A stretch of DNA of 63,977 nucleotides, counting the filler, from Reticulomyxa filosa (taxonomy: Eukaryota; Protista; Foraminifera), in the NCBI GenBank assembly GCA_000512085.1. It is 19 parts of 19 records of this genome, joined end to end, with 100 filler letters (N's around TTAATTAATTAA, not from the genome) between each part and the next. Parts side by side here need not be neighbours in the genome. Positions count along the whole stretch, not along the records: positions 22,946 to 25,014 come from ASPP01006131.1; positions 25,115 to 26,154 come from ASPP01036361.1; positions 26,255 to 30,796 come from ASPP01020162.1; positions 30,897 to 31,945 come from ASPP01042976.1; positions 32,046 to 36,756 come from ASPP01001817.1; 14 more parts are not named here. The stretch is one strand, 5' to 3'. Positions 23,915 to 34,988 of this stretch are shown here, one piece after another. The notes beneath the pieces are model-generated. The model did no database searches. It was not told the DNA's origin and worked only from the letters and a program-made list of their open reading frames with translations. Both the position numbers and the translations under genes were made by a program. Positions within the stretch are counted from its first letter, which is position 1; each line of letters opens with the position of its first letter.

Positions 23915-24982
23915 ATGGCAGAAGAGATTACTGATAAAGTTTTTTTTTTTTTTTGTTGCTCATGTGTCATTGTCAAGAAAAAACAAAACAAAACATGTGG
24001 AGTAATAAATTTTGATTGAACGAAATGACGAAAGGAAAAAGAAAGTGATGAAGAGACATTGAACGAAGTAGTGAAAGCAATGGAAGGAGAAGGACGTCAA
24101 CCGACAATTCAAAAGAGCGAACATTCCACAGAAGAAATAAATGAAAGAAGACAGCCGGAGCAATTGGAAAAATCAAAGCTCTTGCAAACTGTTGGTCGTG
24201 AACTAAACAGTCGGTCCTCGTTGTCCGAATTAGAACATGCAGGCATTATTTTCATCACAATTATCCCTTTATCTCTTTCTTTCTCTCTCTCTCTCTGTCT
24301 CTCTCCTTTCTTCACATTCAAATGCAAAACTATTCAAATGAAAAAATTGAGAGGGTCTCGAAGGGAGGGACGGAAGAACAAGAAATGCATTATTATTATT
24401 ATTATTATTATTGGTTTTTGTTTTTGGGAGGGTGTAGGCATATTGAAATCATCACTCCAAGTGACAAAGGAACAATTGCAAAAGTCTCAAGCCAAAGACG
24501 CAGTAAAATATGGACTGGACGTTCGACCACCTCCAATAGAATTGGAACAAGCCGGTATTTGTTTGTTCTCTTTTTGGTTTTGAGCAAACCAAGGTATTTA
24601 TAAAAGATTATTCCTTTTTTTTTTACAAAGAAATGTGCAACTATACCTACTTACAACGTATATACATATATACACATATATGTATATGTATGTGAATACA
24701 TTAATAACAATATTAAAAAAAAAAAAAAAAAAATGAAAATGGCAGGAATAATGAAGTCGCAACTCCAATTGAACAGCGAGCAATTGCAAAGATCAATTGT
24801 GCGAGACACATTGAAACATGAAATGGAGGATCGTGCCACTTCAAGCGAACAGATGGAAAGAGACGGCATTTACAAAACGCCGATGCAAGCGGCCAGAGAA
24901 CAGTTGGAAAAATCGCAATATAGGGATGCGATCAAACGCGACTTGCGAAGGAGGTCTTCTAAATCGGGTTTGACTCAAGCAG
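23915..24982 (+). CDS. RPEL-repeat (G-actin-binding) protein, at least 4 repeats, 3' truncated
   Basis: ELNSRSSLSELEHAGIL, GLDVRPPPIELEQAGIM, EMEDRATSSEQMERDGIY and DLRRRSSKSGLTQAG fit LxxRPxxxELxxxGIL; spacers are similar to each other (xEQLxKS). Confidence 0.8.
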
Positions 24983-25257
24983 GTAAGGTACTTTTTTTTT
25001 GCATGTTATTTATANNNNNNNNNNNNNNNNNNNNNNNNNNNNNNNNNNNNNNNNNNNNTTAATTAATTAANNNNNNNNNNNNNNNNNNNNNNNNNNNNNN
25101 NNNNNNNNNNNNNNGCGTTCAGTTTTCTTTGCAACCTACTGTACAAGCAGTATCCAATGCAAAAAGTGATTTAACAAAATTGTAATTTTCATTAAAAACA
25201 ATCTTATCACAAAAAAAATCAGTTCTTATGTTTTTGAATTAACTTCATTTGCTTGGA

Positions 25258-26154
25258 TTAAACACTGTCTCCAATGGATCTGTGAGAAAAGAACACTTCT
25301 TTAAAATAAAGTAATTTAAAGGTCTTTGTGAAAAAAAAAAGAGCTAACAATGAAAAGCTATTACAGGAGTTTCTGAATAACGTGCGTAAATAAAATCCAA
25401 TCACCACTTTCATACGATTCCACCTTGCAATTTCAAACAAGCAAAAGAAAGGGGGGTGGTATTAATATAACGAAAGAGCGAAAGAGAGAAAATATAGCAA
25501 AAAATGAACAAACAAAAGAGGTCAATGAAACTACCATTTCTCCAAGTTTATGTGAGTTCAGCGCCAAATCAACACATTGCCTGCGTTTAATCCTTGCTTT
25601 TTGAATGCTGACAAACTTGTCTTTGTCAATCGTGATGGCCTTTGTTTCCTTCCATTTGTTGACTTTGGCCTCACTAAAGTGTTCCCCAAACACATTGGCA
25701 GGTTCAATGCAATACAATCCTAGCATCCCTAATTCCAAGCAAATCTCTGTCTTGAACCTTTATTTCCATAAAAAAATAAAAAAATAAAAAAAAATTAAAA
25801 AGATATATAAATATATATATATATATATATATGCATATATAATAAAAACTTTGTGGCGTAGGTAGTAGTGGCATGAAAGGGACTGAAGAAAAAGAGCGGA
25901 GCAACATCGCAATGCAAGAAGATATTGATGCTATGATAGAGTTGACGTTGCAGACATAATAACAAGAAACTCCAATTGACAACGACTTTTTGGAACTTTG
26001 TGAGATCGTCATATCGATTGCAACGACCTTCGACATGTGAGTCGTCATTGCGATAAAGCAGCCATTCGTCATATCTCATTACGTGTTCACGGATAAAGTA
26101 TTCCAAATACTCCAACGCGATTTCTTTTTCAAACGTCGCTTTCTCGATGTTCAT
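25258..26154 (-). CDS. Hypothetical protein, C-terminal exons
   Basis: ORF blocks 26154-25860, 25760-25535 and 25440-25258 separated by intron-like (TA)n sequence; no recognisable domain. Confidence 0.4.
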
Positions 26155-26342
26155 NNNNNNNNNNNNNNNNNNNNNNNNNNNNNNNNNNNNNNNNNNNNTT
26201 AATTAATTAANNNNNNNNNNNNNNNNNNNNNNNNNNNNNNNNNNNNNNNNNNNNTTTTTTTGGAAAAAGGGGGGAGGGGGGAAAAAAAAATATATATATA
26301 TATGTTATTTTTTATTTTTTTTTTATATAAAAAAAATAAAAA

Positions 26343-26881
26343 CCTTGTGATAGGTTTAGAGATTGATAGCGTTGATGCACTTGCTCCTTTGTCAATCGAG
26401 GACAGAATATGTCATGGGATGATAATATGTATACTTGTCCTATTGCATAGTTAATTGCGACGATACCAACTAATAATGTCATCACAACGGCTAATACTCG
26501 GATGCAATAAAATAACGAAACTAACACATTGTAATGAATGTCGGACCCTCTTTTTTCTTGTTCTTCCGTTTCTTCAGACAACGTGTCTGTCTTTTTGTTG
26601 CTCTTTTCACGCCACTTGAACGCCTTCTCTGCTATAACTGTTTTCATTAGTGTCTTTCTTCGAGCAAGTGGGTCTGGTGCCTCTGGCTCTTTTCTTTTTT
26701 CTTTTGACGCTGTTGTTATGGCATGCAACATATTCTCTTCATTTGTTGATAGTTTTGAATTGTCTGCAATTGGCACAAGTTCTGTTGTTTCTGGTATTGT
26801 TTCATTTGTTCCTCCATCCTTTTCCTCCATCCAGCCTTCCTTTTTTTTTTTAGGAATTGTAGGTTTATTTTTTTTCGTCAT
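26343..26881 (-). CDS. Hypothetical membrane protein, N-terminal exon (truncated)
   Basis: Charged N-terminus followed by hydrophobic VLVSLFYCIRVLAVVMTLLVGIVAINYAIG. Confidence 0.55.
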
Positions 26882-27299
26882 TCAGTCTTCCAGTAACAAA
26901 ATTATTGAAGCAACACAAATACTATCAAGAACAATAAACACAAATTTGTTTTGTTTTTCGATCTTTAGATTTGATAAACAATGCAGCCGTGACTGATTAA
27001 TTTAGATGATTTGGGCACGTGTTGGTCTTGATGAATATGGGAAATAATTAAAAGAACAAACGAGTCAAAAAAAAAAAGAAAATAAAAGACAATTCCTTCC
27101 TGTGTGGCAGTGTACTAAGTAAGGCTAAAAAAAAAAATGACGTGTACTCAAAACAACATCAAATGCAAGAAACAAGAGCCAGATATAGAAAGAACAGTAA
27201 TTTGGACACACTCGTTGAATCAAGGCATAGTTAACAAAAAAAAAACAAGAAAGTTACAACATATGATATGAAAAAATCAGTAGGTTCGTACGAAAAGTG

Positions 27300-28220
27300 G
27301 AAACTGTCACATATCTAATAGCATTTGACAGGGAGACTTGAAAAGTGGTGTTGCATTGAGACAACTAGGATTCATATCCATCCAAATAACAAGGAAATCA
27401 TCATTAAAAATAGTGCAAAGGTCAAAGCTTGAGAAAAAAATAGGTTTTGGTCATCTTCTATGCGCATTGTCATTCAAAGGACAATTAAGTGTTTGTATTG
27501 ATCATAAAGGAGAGGAACAACATGAAGTTTTGACATACGTGTCCATTGTCTGAAGTCAAACTGGAACGTGTTGCCATTTTCAAAGACGTTGTTACCAAAC
27601 TGAATTTTTTTTTTCGGATGAAGGGGAAAAAAAATAAAATTTTTTTGATGTTGCTTCTCCCCCTTTTTCTGTGAACGTATGAATTGAAAGAAGAAGAAGA
27701 AGAAGAAAAAAAAAACTACCGTAAACATATTGAAAGGTGTGAAAAATTGAAATCCGAAATTATTGAAAGGATCAAATGGCATTCTGTTTGAGTTGCTTGC
27801 TTCTTGCCGACGTCCTCTTGGTCTTTGAGACCCTTGTGAATTACCATCTGCGGAACGTGTTGACTTATCCTTTGGAGGCAAATTTTTTGCGTGATTGGAC
27901 TTATTCTTGCCTTTGCCGTAAATAGGTGTTATCGTGTCGTGGGAAATGCCGCCTTGACACACTGGACAGGTTTGGGAACGATCCAACCACTTTTCTAAAC
28001 ACTGCCAACAATATAAGTGCCCACAACACGTCACCACTGGGTCACTGCACACGTCAAAACAAATGTTGCAATCAAATCCCTGAGAATTGTTGTTGTTGCC
28101 ACTCTGTGCGTCTTCATTTTTTATTTCATCTTTATCTTCACGGGGCAATTTATTCAAATCAACTGATTCAGTTTTACCACAGGGAAATACATTGGAATAT
28201 GTTGATACGTATGTTGACAT
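27300..28220 (-). CDS. RNF5/RNF185/RMA1-like RING E3 ubiquitin ligase
   Basis: FDCNICFDVCSDPVVTCCGHLYCWQCLEKWL..CPVCQGGI..ITPIYGKG; RPRGRR; hydrophobic last exon near 27380-27470. The 3' end is approximate. Confidence 0.88.
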
Positions 28221-28672
28221 GATGTTATATGAAGAGAATATATTCGAGGCTTTTGGGACCCTTTGGGACTGGGTTAACACGGCCCCTTAGTCTATTATTT
28301 GGAAATAAGAAGACAATTATGGCTTAATCAATTACAATAACATAACGCGTTTTTGTAACTATTATCAAAAAGTCAATCGTAACCAACATATCCATCTGTG
28401 CTTAGATCTATCAAGATTTTGTTTAGTCTCTGCTAACATTTTTTAGTTATTCTTGGAGGGATTTTGTTGTTTTACAAAACAATAATGCAGTATTTAGTAA
28501 TAATATTGAAAAATTGGGCTGTTATTTTAGGTAACTGAAAAATGAAAAATTAGACTAGTCGATCAATATTATTGGATTGGAAAAAAGAGAAAAATGGAAT
28601 GTTGAAGAAAAGAAAATAATGGATTAATATTAAGAATACTGACACGAATAAGTGAATGAAAAAAAAAGAGAA

Positions 28673-29783
28673 TTAATGAGAATCTTTTTGCCCAGAGACA
28701 CTGAAAGATTGCAAAATATTACATCGAGATTGAAACCAGGAAGAGTTGTCATATGACAGTGTTTTCTTTTTCTCTTTTATCAGTTTTTGAAGACGAGCCA
28801 ACTCACTAGTGACAAAGTCTTTTCCCTGTGTTACAATATTTGTCATTACTTTCAGGTAATAATTGGCAGATTTGATTTGAGTCTTATTTGTCAACGATGG
28901 CAATAAGTGGTTTGCCTTTTCAATGACCTTAGTGCGAGTAGCGTCGTCTTTACTACGCATGAACTCGTCAGCCAAGAGATCAAACTCTTCAAGACACCCT
29001 TCCAATCCAGTCCACAAGCCATGTGATCTCAAAAAAAGATCCAACGTGTGTACTTTGACTTCTGTTTCATTAAAGATTATCGGTTGTAAAGATGGTTGGC
29101 CAGCCTATTCAATATACATGTTATGTACCGACTATTATTATTGTTATTCTCCTTTCTTATACCCCTTACTTCCTTTCGAATTGTGAAAAAACTTTGAAAT
29201 ATAAGCTTGTAGCAATTGATTTTGTTTTAAGTGAAGGTAATCACTTTGAACAATCGAAATTGCGGGAAGGTCTCTGGAAGAATGGAAAATCGTTCAATCA
29301 ATTCTTCATTTTCTTTTTCTCCATACTCACTCACTCCAACTTCGCCCAAAAATATCTTTGATGACAGCGAAATTTGGTTTGCAAGTGCTTTCCACTACAA
29401 TTGATCGCAGTCCAGAAGTAGGAAAAGATATTTTTTTTTTTGTTCATTTATTTCGTTTGCTTTTTTTTTATTTTAATGGAAATGAAAGAAACAATAGGTA
29501 AGAACAAGCTTCAAAGAGCTAAACTTCATTTTGACCCTGACCAAAAGAATATTTCTATTCATTCACAACAAAATATAATCAAAATCCTTTTCAAAAAAAT
29601 TGTATGGGCCAATCTTCAATGAAAAATAACTTTGTCAAACTTTACGAACACGTTCCTGTGGCCGTCAACAATCTTATCAAACGTGATTAAATCCAAAGAC
29701 AGGACACCAGGTGTTGAACCCAAAACCTTTGCCAGGGACAAGAGGAAGAAAATAAGTGTAATCTGATTATACTTCATGTTCAT
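28673..29783 (-). CDS. ERP29: Endoplasmic reticulum protein ERp29
   Basis: Signal peptide, then GVLSLDLITFDKIV..VFVKFD; EVGVSEYGEKENEELIERF..FPQFRLF; C-terminal domain GCLEEFDLLADEF..ANYYLKVM..FVTSELARLQKL..RCNILQSF. Confidence 0.88.
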
Positions 29784-30019
29784 AGTTTTTGTTTGAAGAC
29801 TGCTTTGAACCTGATGTTGATGATCGCCCCGGCTTGAAAATACACAGTTTACTCTCTTTTTTTGCTCCTACCGCTGTCGTTTGAATTGTTCACTATCAAT
29901 TCAAAGTAAAGGAGACAAGGGTATCCATATGAAAGGACAAACCACCCGCAAAAAGCTAAAGTTCTCTTTTGAATAATTATTGTGTATATGATTATATAAA
30001 AGGAAACATAGAAAAGATC

Positions 30020-30796
30020 ATGTCATTCAAACAGAGTGACATTCGCTCTTGGTTCCCTCCTAGTAAGAAAAGGCGTGTGATAGATCCGACTCACTCACAG
30101 CCGTCACTAGCAGACACAGCTACTGTAGCGACAACCGAAGAGAAGACTCCCCAACTACCATCAGACAAAACGGTGACAAATGGCTATGGTCGACATTATC
30201 TGCCCCACAAGCAAGCCTTTCGCTGGAGTAAAATAGTGAAGGCATTATCTGACAAAATACACGATCACAAGAAATTGATTGTCGTGTTATATGACTTTAC
30301 TCCAGGTAATTACAAAGAAAAAAAATCATTATTTTTTTTACTAGTTTGATGTCGATCAACAACAAAACTGCAATTTAAAGACTTTTTTTTTTTTTTTTTA
30401 TTTTTTTTAAAGACTATTTGACCAACACATTTATACATTCATAAAAACATAAAAAAAAAAAAAAAGATCGCAAGAAATTATGCGTGAAGGGATTAAGTGA
30501 TTTTCTCACCAAGGTGTTGAAACCAACCGAACAGCGATCATTTTACGACTTTATCTTGCCTTTTATGCAACGAATTGCCCTTGCTTTGCCTGCTGTTATT
30601 CAAATCTGTTTATTTCGTCTGTAGTTTGAAACAATACAAAATTGATGCAACCAATCAAAAAAATTATCATACGAACACAAAAAAAAAAAAAAAAAAAAAA
30701 AAGTTGTTCCCGAATGGTTCCATCGAAACCTTACCAATAAATTGCGAAGCGTCAATCGAACTAACAGCAGACCAAGTGTGCTGTCTGTTGGCAATG
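30020..30796 (+). CDS. PARG: Poly(ADP-ribose) glycohydrolase (PARG), 5' part
   Basis: RWSKIVKAL..I; GLSDFL..EQRSFYDFILPFMQRIALALP; IETLP..SIELTADQVCCLLA match the PARG helical accessory region. The catalytic GGG-x-QEE motif lies beyond the contig end. Confidence 0.75.
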
Positions 30797-31184
30797 NNNN
30801 NNNNNNNNNNNNNNNNNNNNNNNNNNNNNNNNNNNNNNNNTTAATTAATTAANNNNNNNNNNNNNNNNNNNNNNNNNNNNNNNNNNNNNNNNNNNNAATT
30901 GGTTAGATAATGTATATTTTTATGATAATGAAATGGCGGAATTTCCAAAGGCCTTACAATGGAGACATTGCTCAAGTGCGTATGCTTATGTATTTGAAAT
31001 TATACATAAAAAAATCAAATTGTGTAGCTAACTTAACTAATGTTTGTAAAATTTTTCAAAGTTAATTTTAGATATCTTTGTGCAAAACATTTTTGCACTT
31101 GACGAAGTTTCACATAATAGCTGAAAAAAAAGCGCATAAAAATGAACAATAATAAACATTTGAAACTATTCAATATTTGATATA

Positions 31185-31727
31185 CAGTATAATGCAAAGT
31201 AAAGTTGATACATAAAACTGCACTTTATAGAGATGATTGACTTTCTTCATGAAAAACAACGTCCAGACCTAATTTTTTAAAAAATATCTACAAATTGTGT
31301 AGTTTTTAAATATTATTTTGGTTTTTTATTATATCTTTCATAACTATTTCGACATTTCGCCATTTATTTTTTTTTAGCTCAGTATAGTTTGATATTGTAT
31401 TTTTTAATCTTTTTTATTTTTTTGAAAATGATTACTCATTTAGCACTTTCTGAAAATGCTTTAAAAAAAGTTGGCAAATTTCATGCTTACGACACAGTCA
31501 CTATTTTCAACTTTTTCTCGAAAATTTTCAAAAATAAAATATTCAAATTTTTTAAACGATTAGTAAATATGTAATAAAAAACTAAATTCAAAATTATATT
31601 TAAAAACTACATGATTAGTAAATATTTTCAATAAAAAAATTAGGTCTGGATGTTGTTTTTTCATAAAGAAAATCAATCATCTTTATAAGGTGCCGTTTTA
31701 GGTGTCGACTTTACTCTGCATTCGCTG
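31185..31727. mobile_element. MITE / non-autonomous Tc1-mariner-like element with about 140-bp imperfect terminal inverted repeats and TA flanks
   Basis: Left end TA|CAGTATAATGCAAAGTAAAGTTGATACATAAAACTGCACTTTATAGAGATGATTGA..CCAGACCTAATTTTTT. Right end reverse complement TA|CAGCGAATGCAGAGTAAAGTCGACACCTAAAACGGCACCTTATAAAGATGATTGA..CCAGACCTAATTTTTT. No coding capacity. Confidence 0.8.
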
Positions 31728-32249
31728 TATGTTTCACGTATCATCACTATAAACATTGAAAATATTTATAAAGTAGCAATATATTTGCAATTTTTTTGTA
31801 AACTGCTTTATTTTCTAAAGAATGTTTATTATTTTTTTTATTGTTCGACTTTCTTTTTTAACATCAGATAATAAAAATTACTTTTCGATTATTGTCGACA
31901 CCTTTCAAATTTGTATTCATTTTTTTTTATAAACTCTAAATTCTTNNNNNNNNNNNNNNNNNNNNNNNNNNNNNNNNNNNNNNNNNNNNTTAATTAATTA
32001 ANNNNNNNNNNNNNNNNNNNNNNNNNNNNNNNNNNNNNNNNNNNNTGCGTATCATTTGCACTTTTATTAAAATTAAGAAATTTTCAAATTTTGTTTACAT
32101 TTTAGAAATCTCCAAGTCGAGTAGATACTTTTAAAAAAATTATGCTTGTATCATTCGTAGTATTTGAGAAAATTATATTCTTTTATTCCAGTTTATTCAC
32201 TTTGTATGACGAATGATTCAAATTTTACTACTGCCAACTTTTTATTAGT

Positions 32250-33010
32250 GATATATCCTTAAGATAAATGTCACAACATTAATCATTTTTTTCTTTTTTA
32301 ATTGTATAAATTTGAAATAATTTATTCCATATTCACTATTATCTCATTTAATCACATATAATTCATTCTATTTAATTGAATATCACAAAACAAATTGTAT
32401 TATCACTTGATCCAGAACATATCACATTTGAGTTATAAGCAATATTATTCTTTATTACAAATTGTGAATATTCAATAGCCCAAAGAATTTTTTTGTCATA
32501 TGACCCAAAACACAAACATCTACCACCATTAAATGATGAAAATTCAATACCACAAACGCCATTAGTGTCCATTTAATATTTGTAATTGTTTATTATGTTT
32601 GGAATCCCAAAACGAATTGTTTTATCCAATGATGAAGAGCAAGTGATATTTTGACGATTATTATAATAATATGGTGAAAATTTTACATAACTTACATAAT
32701 GTAAATGTTCATTTAGTGATTGAATTTGTTTGTTATTATCAATATCACATACACGAACTGTATTCTCAGCTTATCCAGAATAAATGAATTGGCCTTCGTC
32801 AAATGTTGAACAATCAATACTGGTTATAATACTTGTGTGTTCAGTGAATGCTTTGAGTAATTTAGATGACGAATGAAGGAATCTAATACGAAAATATGAA
32901 TGGTCAGTGATTATAGAAAAATATTTGAATTTTTTGTTTTGCGTTGAAAAAAACCTAAAGAACATAAAAAATTTAATAGTAAGTTTATCAAAATCATTAT
33001 TTGTCAAACA
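32250..33010 (-). pseudogene. Degenerate WD40-repeat gene of the lineage-expanded family
   Basis: SSKLLKAFTEHTSIITSIDCSTFDEGQFIYSG, GIEFSSFNGGRCLCFGSYDK and NVICSGSSDNTICF, broken by many stops and frameshifts. Confidence 0.85.
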
Positions 33011-33354
33011 GGCTGCATATTACAGAACCAGATGAATGTAGATTTAAATGAATTTTTTGATATTTTCAACAAACGAATGTGTGTTTTGTGCCATCCATAA
33101 TGCAGGCATATCAAAATTAGGTGTAGAAAATGTGTCAAACGTCAAATTGAATAGGACTGTACTATTGTTTTGTTATGACATATAATTATGTAATTGTGTG
33201 ATAAATCAACACTGTAATCTTATCATAAGAAAATCTAATTTTTGTTTTTATAATCGAATCATACACTTTTTTTACTTTTAAAAGGACAACTTTTTTTCTT
33301 GTATCCCACCTTTTAAAAAATCTAAACTACTCATAGTTCATCAACATTAACAAC

Positions 33355-34579
33355 ATGAGCAACCTAATCTTTCAAACTTTGAAGGAGCTGCCCATTCCAC
33401 TTTTTCAATCTCAATGTTTGCTACACAAACACGAACTCCTCATTTGTGGAGGCTGGAACGAAAAAGCTTGTTATTCTTATCACACAATCAAAAACGAATA
33501 CAAGTTTATCTGTGAGTATCCAAGTCATGTTAAAGTAGAAGGACATTGTGTAGTGAAACTAGTACATAATAACCACAAAGACAACAATCAAATCACTTTA
33601 TTGTCTTTTGGATCTAATTGGGATGGAGAAAATAAACATACATTGGCGATGAAATATGTAAGTGTTTGGAGTAATATATCAAACAAATCAAATGAGTTCA
33701 ATAATTACAATCAATGGATCCCTTTCACAGACAATCACAATCATCCAATCATCATCGGAAAATATAATGGTCATTATCATGGAGCACGTGCAGTGATTGG
33801 TGGAAGCAATAATCATTTGTTATTTATCACTTATCTTGAAAATAATATTAGTGTGTTTGATTTAAACACATTTCAATTTATTAAACATGATATTTTACCA
33901 ACTATTGATTATATTAATTATCATTGCTTTGTATCAAATTCAGAAAATGGACAAGTACAAGAAATAGTGAAAACAAATGAAGAAAAAAATAAACATATTT
34001 ATCAAATGCTGTTGTTTTGTTTCGAGACAGGATTATCAATTGAATATGATGAAGATAACAACACTTTTCAATTTAATGAATTACCTGTTTGTAACGATAT
34101 TGAATCATTCTTTCGATATGCATATGTATGTGTAAATGACAAAATCTTTTTCTTTGGCGGGATTGGTAATTTCGTTTATTCAAAATCAGTTCACGTGTAT
34201 TCAATTCGAGAAAGTAAATGGATAACATTTCAAAACACTTTACCCAGTCCATTGTTTGGTTGTGTTGCAATATTTAGTGAAGAAGATAATGATATACACA
34301 TCATTGGAGGAAGAGATGATAAAGAAACAACAGTATTAACTCACATGAAGACTAAAGTGCGTATATGGGATCATTCACAACTGGTGATTATCTGTTTATT
34401 TATTTGTTTTGATTAAATATAAATAAATTTTGATTGCATGAAACTGATTGACAATAAATAATAAACAGTCAAAAAATGAAATAAAACTTATTGTTCAATA
34501 TTGGACCCGAACTTTACAAATAAAATTTGGATGGATTAGTTATTTTGATAAAATTATTATGAAATACAAGATGAAATAA
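33355..34579 (+). CDS. Kelch-type beta-propeller protein of the lineage-expanded family, 2 exons
   Basis: FQTLKELPIPLFQSQCLLHKHELLICGG, IFFFGG, WITFQNTLPSPL..CVA..IHIIGG; last exon 34469-34579 SKNEIKLIVQYWTRTLQIKFGWISYFDKIIMKY. Confidence 0.85.
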
Positions 34580-34988
34580 ATTTTGAAAAATCGCAGTTAA
34601 AGTACAGTATGTCGTAAAAAAATATTTATTTTTCATTGAGAAAATCGATTCTCTTCATAGATTTGCCATTTATGTTGCCAGTTTTTTTTGCAACATACTG
34701 TAATAAATTATTCAAAATATTTTTCAAGATTCAAATTAGAATAGAATCTTGTGCGTTGCACATTAACGAAAACTCACAAAAGCTGGAAGTAATTGTCTTT
34801 TTTTTTTCACTTATGTTATTGAGTAGCACTTTTATTCTGATTTCCAGTGATAGAAAAAAAAGATCAAAAATAAAAAACCCCAAAAACTAGTGTTTAACAA
34901 TTTTCTATAAATAGCCTTATCCAATCAAAAAAAAAAAAAAAAAAGGAAGATAAAGATATTTTCTTAAATTTAGATAGAGAAGAGATAT

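Noticed and set aside
25115-26881. Joining the minus-strand ORFs on both sides of the 26155 spacer into one gene
   Set aside because: They are on different contigs; adjacency is not evidence of linkage.
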